From the NCBI GenBank assembly GCA_002497285.1, contig DANJ01000026.1:1-50025 (forward strand): a stretch of DNA of 50,025 bases. Direction: 5' to 3'. Below the pieces are notes generated by a model. That model was not told the DNA's origin. It ran no database searches and was given only the letters and a program-made list of their open reading frames with translations. Source of the stretch: Candidatus Pacearchaeota archaeon UBA92. Its GTDB lineage: Archaea; Nanobdellota; Nanobdellia; Pacearchaeales; GW2011-AR1. Positions 18,865 to 25,426 of this stretch are shown one piece after another (position 1 is the first letter of the stretch; the number at the start of each line of letters is the position of its first letter). Both the position numbers and the translations under genes were made by a program.

Positions 18865-19131
18865 CTAACAGGATGCTGAGAACAAAGCTCTTGTAGTATC
18901 TCTAATCTCAGTCTTACCGGCTCTATCAATAATGTGACTCTTGAGAACAACTGCTCCATTTAAGCTAGTTCCTGCATAGATTCCTACAGCAATTCCAGTT
19001 TGGTCTGCAAATCCAATAACTGTACCTATTTTAGGAAAGGGTTCACTTCTCATCGGAAGCAAGGCTATTCCATCATATTCTCTTCTATCATCTGTTCGGT
19101 CAAATCCGATTGGCATATTTTTCCTTTTCAT
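18865..19131 (-). CDS. Hypothetical 88-aa protein, divergent from the TrmB operon
   Basis: Intact ORF with a TATA-like gatttaaaagg upstream. G/A/T/I-rich composition unlike the K/E/N-rich neighbours. No family recognised. Confidence 0.45.
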   Translation of the reverse strand: MKRKNMPIGFDRTDDRREYDGIALLPMRSEPFPKIGTVIGFADQTGIAVGIYAGTSLNGAVVLKSHIIDRAGKTEIRDTTRALFSASC

Positions 19132-19189
19132 CCAAGCCTTTTAAATCTTTCCATTTTGTACCCCCTTACTAGTTACAACAACCAAAACA

Positions 19190-19217
19190 TTTAAATAGGG
19201 GAATTTTATCCCTATTT
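19190..19217 (+). promoter_or_regulatory. TATA box overlapped by an 8-bp inverted repeat (candidate operator) before the TrmB operon
   Basis: TATA tttaaata at 19190-19197. Inverted repeat aaataggg (19193-19200) / ccctattt (19210-19217) with a 9-nt spacer. The ATG is at 19219. Confidence 0.4.
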
Positions 19218-19218
19218 C

Positions 19219-19701
19219 ATGGATACAAAAGCAGAACAATCAGGTAGTAGGGGAAGATATTCAGTTCTTACTCTTAGAAAAGATGGAGAACCTTTGGATT
19301 TTGTAGCTGGAGCAGATTTAATATTAGCTGCAGGACCAAATAATGTGGTAATGGAATATAAAAACTCCAATAAAGATACCACTTTTGCCTTAGTGGCTAC
19401 AGATGATCCAAGTAGGTTATACAATAGGATTACAAGAGCAGGAATATCAATAGTTGATTCAAAAATTATTCAAACTAGACTTAATCCTGATGAAGTTTAT
19501 ACGGCTATCTATTCAGCAACAAATAATTTATCTCGTGACAGTATAAGACATCTAGAAAGATATTTAGAGAGAGTATTAGGCTCTGGAGCATCTTCAAATT
19601 CATCTAGGGAATCTAAGACAGAACATGCAACTTCTGTCCAGGATCTTTTGGATACAGAACCATCCGGAATTTCCATATTTGATACAGGAGACTCAAAATG
19701 A
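19219..19701 (+). CDS. Hypothetical protein (160 aa), first gene of the TrmB operon
   Basis: Intact ORF whose stop overlaps the trmB start (ATGA). Ser-rich acidic tail. No family recognised. Confidence 0.6.
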   Translation: MDTKAEQSGSRGRYSVLTLRKDGEPLDFVAGADLILAAGPNNVVMEYKNSNKDTTFALVATDDPSRLYNRITRAGISIVDSKIIQTRLNPDEVYTAIYSATNNLSRDSIRHLERYLERVLGSGASSNSSRESKTEHATSVQDLLDTEPSGISIFDTGDSK

Positions 19702-20471
19702 TAGTAAAACCAGAGCTTGTAAGAAAGATAAAGGACCACTTTAATCTTAACATTTATGAGACTAAAGTCTGGTTAGCTTTGCTTTCAAAGGGAATCGTTT
19801 CAGCAGGAGAAACTGCCGAGCTTTCTGGAGTTCCTAGAAGCAGAACCTATGACGTCCTAGAAAGCCTAGCAAAGAGAGGATTCACAATAATCAAAATAGG
19901 CAAACCTGTAAAATACATCGCAGTTGAGCCAAACGCAATCATAGAAAAAATGAAATCTAATGTTCTTACAGAAGCAAATGAAAAAGTTAAATCTCTGTCA
20001 GTATTAAGAGAAAAGGACGAGTATCATGAATTAGAACAATTATACAAAGCAGGAATTCAACCTATAAGGGCAGAGGACTTATCAGGCTCACTAAAAGGAA
20101 AGGCAAACGTAAATTCAAAGATAAAAGAAATATTAGGAAATTCAAATAAAGAAGTTGTTCTTTGCACATCTATTGCAGATTTTGATAAAAGAGCCAGAAT
20201 TTTAATTCCTGAATTAGAAAGTCTTGCTAAGAAAGACATCAAAGTAAGAATAGCTTTACATGGAGATGAAGATGCAGTAAAAAAGATGAACCTTAAACAT
20301 AACATAAAAGCAAAACATACTACAAATAGAGGTCGATTTATAATTTCAGATAAGAAAGAATCTCTATTCATGATAACACATGAAAACAGCGAGGACGAAA
20401 TAGGCCTTTGGATTTCAGCACCCTATTTCTCAGAAGCTTTGAACAGTTTGTTTGAATCGACGCTAAAATGA
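19698..20471 (+). CDS. trmB: TrmB-family transcriptional regulator
   Basis: N-terminal winged HTH YETKVWLALLSKGIVSAGETAELSGVPRSRTYDVLESLAKRGF, coiled linker and a C-terminal sensor-like domain. Confidence 0.85.
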   Translation: MIVKPELVRKIKDHFNLNIYETKVWLALLSKGIVSAGETAELSGVPRSRTYDVLESLAKRGFTIIKIGKPVKYIAVEPNAIIEKMKSNVLTEANEKVKSLSVLREKDEYHELEQLYKAGIQPIRAEDLSGSLKGKANVNSKIKEILGNSNKEVVLCTSIADFDKRARILIPELESLAKKDIKVRIALHGDEDAVKKMNLKHNIKAKHTTNRGRFIISDKKESLFMITHENSEDEIGLWISAPYFSEALNSLFESTLK

Positions 20472-20848
20472 AAACTACACAAGATGTTTATGCAATCGTA
20501 GGGGACTCAAAAAAAGAATCTGCAAGTCGGAGTCAGGTAAATAGTTCACTTGAGACTTTATTTTCAGAATATGGTTTAAAAAAAGCAAAAAGAAGGTCAA
20601 GTTCTTCTTTTAGTGCAGGTGCAGGAATTGTGCTTCTTCCTCCGTACGAGTCTAAAGATGCTAGCGTAGCTATGAGCTATCACACTGCAGTTATCGGAAG
20701 TGAATCGACAGGATACTTCCCTCTTGATGCTGTTCAATTCGCGGTGAGCACTTCTGATAATCTTGTAGATAGGGAGCACGAAGAATTAAGAGAAGGAATC
20801 GGAATAATCTTTAGGCAAAATAGCTACCAAAGGATAGCACTTGATTAA
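20468..20848 (+). CDS. Hypothetical protein (126 aa)
   Basis: Translationally coupled to trmB (ATGA overlap). No family recognised. Confidence 0.55.
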   Translation: MKTTQDVYAIVGDSKKESASRSQVNSSLETLFSEYGLKKAKRRSSSSFSAGAGIVLLPPYESKDASVAMSYHTAVIGSESTGYFPLDAVQFAVSTSDNLVDREHEELREGIGIIFRQNSYQRIALD

Positions 20849-20863
20849 TCAAGGAGTTATAAA

Positions 20864-21277
20864 ATGGAAATAAACTGCCTTTATCATTTTTCCTTAAAAA
20901 AATATGTTCGAGATATGAAGGATACTAATGAATATACTTTAACAGACAGAAGACATTTAATCTCTGAAAACTTATGTTTAGATAGGTTCTTGACTCCAGC
21001 ATTAGGATTTTCAGCTTTCCCTACCTTTTTAACTATAAATTCTGTCGCAAATTATCCAATCAATTCTGTGACTACTGGGTTAGAAATTGGAGCATTACTC
21101 TTCTCGATTGCATCTTCAGCATATTCCTTCTACCATTTAAATAGATTAAATTCAGGGGAATTACCTCTGTCTGATCACCGGATGAAGAAAATTAAAGGGG
21201 CAGCAGAAACTCAAAGAAGAGCAAAATTAGGAAAGATTGAAGGCTCTGTAGAATTTTCATTAGACCATATAATTTAG
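20864..21277 (+). CDS. Hypothetical membrane protein (2 predicted TM)
   Basis: Hydrophobic stretches ALGFSAFPTFLTINSV and GLEIGALLFSIASSAYSF. It is the last gene of the TrmB operon. Confidence 0.5.
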   Translation: MEINCLYHFSLKKYVRDMKDTNEYTLTDRRHLISENLCLDRFLTPALGFSAFPTFLTINSVANYPINSVTTGLEIGALLFSIASSAYSFYHLNRLNSGELPLSDHRMKKIKGAAETQRRAKLGKIEGSVEFSLDHII

Positions 21278-21313
21278 ATAAGGTTATATATTTGCAAACA
21301 TATTAAGAAAGAA

Positions 21314-21866
21314 ATGAAAAGAAAGAACTTAATTATAGCAATAACTCTTATTCTCTTATTCTCTTACTCTCTGTCTTACTTGCCATATCTCTAAAATTTT
21401 CCACAAAAGAAGTTAAATTTTCACCATCTGAAATAGATAATTTTCAATCTTCTAAAACTCTTTCTTGTCCATCAACCGAGAGAGATGAAGCAAAGGGCAC
21501 AATAAGATATGGGGGAGATTTTAAAGCCGGATTATTTGGAAATTGCTTTGGGTCGATACCATATTTTATTCTTAAAGCCGAGGCTGGAGATGAAGCTGAT
21601 GCAAGATGTCAAAAAGACCTAAAGGAATACGGCACTTTTAATTGTGAAAAGGAACAACTTCGCAATGCCCTTCTTGTGCCCCTCAGACAACAGGATATTG
21701 CTTTATAGACGATATTCAATCAGAAATAGTTAAATACGAAAAAACGCCAGGGCTCCCAGTAACTTCTAGACCCGTAACTTGGTGCTATGTAACCTTTACT
21801 ATGACCTATAGATGGCAAGGCTCAAGATCTTGTGAGTGTAAAAGCGGAAACAATGGTCAAAACTAA
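21314..21866 (+). pseudogene. Frameshifted gene for a small secreted Cys-rich protein
   Basis: ATG 21314 gives the signal-peptide start MKRKNLIIAITLILLFS.. and stops after 26 codons. The +2 frame continues ..LLLSVLLAISLKFSTKEV...NCEKEQLRN.. A further 1-nt shift continues CPSCAPQTTGYCFIDD...SCECKSGNNGQN* (stop 21864-21866). No track ORF covers it. Confidence 0.5.
21345..21368 (+). repeat. 8-bp tandem repeat (ctcttatt x2 + ctcttact) at the first frameshift site
   Basis: Units at 21345-21352, 21353-21360 and 21361-21368. Removing one 8-bp unit restores a continuous signal peptide, MKRKNLIIAITLILLLSVLLAISLKFS. Confidence 0.8.
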
Positions 21867-23146
21867 TCAACCTCAATTTCAGTAATACCCATCTCATTCA
21901 AATTATCCTTATCTCTATTGATTTTTTCCAAAAATTCCTTTCCTGTAAAATCAACTTTAATCTTAGCATGTAAAACGTTGTTCTTAGCGAAGGTATTTCC
22001 CATATGCGCTTCCTTGAATGCCTTTATATGCTTATGCAACCCTTTAGTCTGCATTGGCGGTCCAATCTGCACTATTTCTCCTTTACTCTTAACAACCATA
22101 TAAAAGTTCGCACTCTGTTCGTCGTCATATTCAAATTCGTGTTTTAACAACTGGAAATATTTTTTAATTTCTTTTTCAACGAAATAATGAAATTTCTTTA
22201 GCTTTGTCCCCGCAATATCTCCTGCCTGGCGGTCAGTCTTTAGTTTAACATGAATGAATTCAGCCTTATTTTTTTTAGCCAAGTCCCATAATTTATCTAC
22301 TTCTATTTTTTCTTCAACAAAAAATCTATTACTTGGAGATTTTAAAAACCTCTTTGCAGAATCTTGAAACTTCTCAAAGGTTTCTCTTGAAAGAGCTGCA
22401 AGGGCATTTCTCTCCTTGTATGTTGGGTCAACAACTATTACAGGACTGCTTAACTTAGCTTCATTTAGTTCAAAGAACGCATCATTTTTCTTGTAATGTT
22501 TAGCAGAATCAACAATAATTCTATCTCCTTTCTTAACTTTTACTAACTGTTTCAACATATTCTCAAATCCTTTATAATGGATTACCAACAATTCTAAGGC
22601 ATATCCTGAAAATCCTCTGACATAAGTTTCAGCCCCATAAACTTTCTGAGCCTGACAGAAAGTCTTTGCAAGAATTATATCTCCATTAAGTTTACCAATC
22701 TTTTTCTTAATATAAGGCACATGAAAATAAGTTAAATCAGTAACATTTTTCGCTTCTTTTGGCTTCTTTATTTTAGTCACAGGAATAACTTCAAAATAAT
22801 CCTTATCCGAAAAATAAACCCTAAAGTAGTCTCTGCTTCCATGTATCTTTTCAAGACTCCATTTATTTTTCTTAGCCAAATTTCTTAATGGCTTCTCCAA
22901 TAATATTGAAATGTCCTCATATTCCCAACTAAATCTTACTAATACGTCAATATCATAGTTACCCTTAATCATAGTATTCTTGGCGAAACTCCCCCCGACA
23001 AAAATCTCGCCTCCATGCCCGCTTTTCTTCAGTTCTGCATTAAGCGATTTAATGAATTCGCCCGTTTTTTTCTTCAAAATCTTAATTTCAGAATCAGACG
23101 GCTTGACCAATTCCAATTGCTCTTTCAGCACTCTTTTTATGTCCAT
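21863..23146 (-). CDS. cca: CCA-adding tRNA nucleotidyltransferase (archaeal class I)
   Basis: GGSFAKNTMIKGNYDIDVLVRF nucleotidyltransferase motif. The ~427 aa size and archaeal-type architecture fit. Confidence 0.85.
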   Translation of the reverse strand: MDIKRVLKEQLELVKPSDSEIKILKKKTGEFIKSLNAELKKSGHGGEIFVGGSFAKNTMIKGNYDIDVLVRFSWEYEDISILLEKPLRNLAKKNKWSLEKIHGSRDYFRVYFSDKDYFEVIPVTKIKKPKEAKNVTDLTYFHVPYIKKKIGKLNGDIILAKTFCQAQKVYGAETYVRGFSGYALELLVIHYKGFENMLKQLVKVKKGDRIIVDSAKHYKKNDAFFELNEAKLSSPVIVVDPTYKERNALAALSRETFEKFQDSAKRFLKSPSNRFFVEEKIEVDKLWDLAKKNKAEFIHVKLKTDRQAGDIAGTKLKKFHYFVEKEIKKYFQLLKHEFEYDDEQSANFYMVVKSKGEIVQIGPPMQTKGLHKHIKAFKEAHMGNTFAKNNVLHAKIKVDFTGKEFLEKINRDKDNLNEMGITEIEVD

Positions 23147-23186
23147 TGAATAACAAAGAATAAGTTGTTTTTAAAATGTCTTGTTT

Positions 23187-23840
23187 TTACGAGCAGAGGT
23201 ATAACGAACCTTGAACGTTTTTTGCGTACAAAGCCCATTTATCTCTATTGTTCTCTGTACTAAAATCATCATAAAGGATCACTTGCTGTGCACTACCTGG
23301 AGAAATAGAAGCGATTTCCTCTTGCCCATTTGCCTGAGTTCCTGCATTAACCAGATTTATTCTTACATAATTGTCTCTAACCGCCCCTTCGGAAAGCCAA
23401 TCTCTGGTTGTTGGAGAACCAATAACGTCCTGAATATATCTAAAGCTAGCAAAACTTGACCCTGTTCCCGATGAACTCACAAGAATTAAATCACAGGACT
23501 TTCCTTTACATTGCGCAGGAACATCCACCGCGAGAAACTGCTGTCCTGCATTTCTGCTTCCAATAAGTGTACACGTTCCGCTCCCTCCGCCACCGCCTGA
23601 ACTAGGGCAATTAAGCCAATTAGCGCCATCCTTCTGGCACAAGTCACTATTGATTGCATCTCCCAAGCTCTTTTCAGTATTTGCCGTCCCAACAGTTACT
23701 TTAACAGCACCCTCATCGTGCCATACGGTAGGAGGCACCCATTGAGCATAAACAAATATAGCGCCGACAAGAATCAAAACAGAAAGGATTACGCCGAGAG
23801 CGTACTTCTTTTCAATATTCACCTCAAATTTCATACCCAT
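23187..23840 (-). CDS. Hypothetical secreted or membrane-anchored Cys-containing protein
   Basis: Start is probably MGMKFEV (23840), which avoids overlap with the upstream gene. N-terminal TM YALGVILSVLILVGAIFVYA, a Gly run SSGGGGGSGTC and 6 Cys. Confidence 0.55.
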   Translation of the reverse strand: MGMKFEVNIEKKYALGVILSVLILVGAIFVYAQWVPPTVWHDEGAVKVTVGTANTEKSLGDAINSDLCQKDGANWLNCPSSGGGGGSGTCTLIGSRNAGQQFLAVDVPAQCKGKSCDLILVSSSGTGSSFASFRYIQDVIGSPTTRDWLSEGAVRDNYVRINLVNAGTQANGQEEIASISPGSAQQVILYDDFSTENNRDKWALYAKNVQGSLYLCS

Positions 23841-23856
23841 AACTATTAAATTTAGT

Positions 23857-24264
23857 TTAAATATCTTTCCCAGCTCTCTTAAAACTAGCGGCAAGGTCAA
23901 TAATATACTTCCCGTCTTCTAATTTGTAAATCAAAGGGCGTTCTTTTGAGAATAAATTAGCAATATCTAAAATGTACTGGCCAGGTTTCAAAACTTTTAC
24001 GCTTTCAAAATCCATAACAATAGGTGCTTCATCTTCTTCAATTCCAGTAATATCTCTGACGTCCTCTTCAACCTGTTTCTTTTCTTCAGGAGTTAAATCA
24101 ATTTGTATTTCTTTTGTTTCTTGAAGTTTCTTAAGCTTTTCACTACTTATATAAAAAAAGAATCTACTTCCACAACTACACCCTTTCAGAATTTCCTCTG
24201 CTCCATCATCGTAAGTTTTGGAACAATGGACACATTGGTGAGGCATGAAAAAGAATGGAAACAA
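23857..24264 (-). CDS. Zn-ribbon protein (archaeal DUF2072-like)
   Basis: CVHCSKTY..x..GCSCGSRFFFYI is a CxxC...CxC ribbon, followed by an acidic linker and a conserved C-domain. It is the third gene of the GTPase trio. Confidence 0.65.
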   Translation of the reverse strand: MFPFFFMPHQCVHCSKTYDDGAEEILKGCSCGSRFFFYISSEKLKKLQETKEIQIDLTPEEKKQVEEDVRDITGIEEDEAPIVMDFESVKVLKPGQYILDIANLFSKERPLIYKLEDGKYIIDLAASFKRAGKDI

Positions 24265-24290
24265 CCATTAATAAATTTAGTTATACTAGA

Positions 24291-24719
24291 CTAGCCAAGC
24301 ATGATTTCTAACTTCTTTGGGTCCTTCTTTATATCTTTGACAATGGTAGCAGGGCCTATAATAGTTAAGGCATTCGTTCCCCCGGATAATCTATTTGCTA
24401 GTCCTTGCTTCATCTTATCAAAGAAAGGAGCATCCTTAAAATTAGGCTCAATCACTGCAAGTTCAATACCCCTAAAAGATTTAATATGGTCCACCATAGC
24501 CATTGTATCTTCAATCAATCTTATCTCTTCCTCAACTCTTAATCTTCCTTGAATTATTACAATTTTATTTCCAAGGATAAGCTTTAATATTTTTTTTATT
24601 CTTTCAGTTATTCCCAAATCACTTATCTCAGAAAAAGGCAGAACATGCAGACTCAGACCCTTAATCCTATTTGTTTTTCCATTCCTTCTTCCCTTAGACA
24701 ACATTTTTTTATTACTCAT
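24291..24719 (-). CDS. Uncharacterised archaeal protein (DUF2073-like)
   Basis: About 140 aa, lying between the GTPase and the Zn-ribbon gene. The family name is recalled from the conserved neighbourhood and has not been verified. Confidence 0.5.
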   Translation of the reverse strand: MSNKKMLSKGRRNGKTNRIKGLSLHVLPFSEISDLGITERIKKILKLILGNKIVIIQGRLRVEEEIRLIEDTMAMVDHIKSFRGIELAVIEPNFKDAPFFDKMKQGLANRLSGGTNALTIIGPATIVKDIKKDPKKLEIMLG

Positions 24720-24728
24720 TTTTGGTAT

Positions 24729-25367
24729 TTAAACTTTCTTAGATAATCTAAAAAGTGACTCATAAAATTCATTCATATTTTTGTTTTTTTTCGCAGATAT
24801 TCCTACAACTTCATATTCTGGGAAAGCTGATTCAATTCTCTTCAGATTGGCTTTTTTTAAATCAATTTTATTTCCGACTATAAGGACCGGTTTATTTCTT
24901 GCAGCAATATTTCCTACAACAGTTATATTAACTTGAGAATAAGGATTCTCATTCGCATCAAGAACAACAACTATTGCATCCATATCATCAAGCCATTTAA
25001 TGCTCTCAATAATTCCTTGCGTAGCTTCTTTTGCTCTTTTCTTTGCATCTTTTTTCTTCATCTTAAATTTCATAAAATCTTCATAATCAATTTTAGTTGC
25101 AATTCCAGGAGTATCTACAATCTTGAAAGTTAACTTTTTCCCCTTGTGTTCTATCTCGACTTTTTCCTTAATTTGAACCTTTCTTGTTTCATGAGGGATC
25201 TCACTTACTTTGCCCATATCCTCTCCAGTCCAGTCCTTACATATAATATTTGCAAGGCTAGTTTTTCCCGCATTTGGGGGACCATAGAAACCAATTTTTA
25301 TATCATCCTTTTTTCCAAAAAAACTCGCCAAAAATCTTCTTGACAAGTCTTTTAATGCCTTAATCAT
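24729..25367 (-). CDS. Small GTP-binding protein (archaeal Era/Ras-like GTPase)
   Basis: G1 GPPNAGKTS, G3 DTPG, G4 NKID, G5 SAK. Confidence 0.8.
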   Translation of the reverse strand: MIKALKDLSRRFLASFFGKKDDIKIGFYGPPNAGKTSLANIICKDWTGEDMGKVSEIPHETRKVQIKEKVEIEHKGKKLTFKIVDTPGIATKIDYEDFMKFKMKKKDAKKRAKEATQGIIESIKWLDDMDAIVVVLDANENPYSQVNITVVGNIAARNKPVLIVGNKIDLKKANLKRIESAFPEYEVVGISAKKNKNMNEFYESLFRLSKKV

Positions 25368-25426
25368 CTAACCATTAATAATTAGCTTTTAATAAATCTT
25401 GCGATGATGCAAAATGACTATTAATC

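Noticed and set aside
18800-21300. The TrmB neighbourhood, considered as a horizontally acquired genomic island on the basis of GC content.
   Set aside because: A hand count of a 100-nt sample gave only a modest GC elevation (~38% versus low 30s elsewhere). There are no flanking repeats, tRNA or integrase. The compositional difference is noted but is insufficient to call an island.
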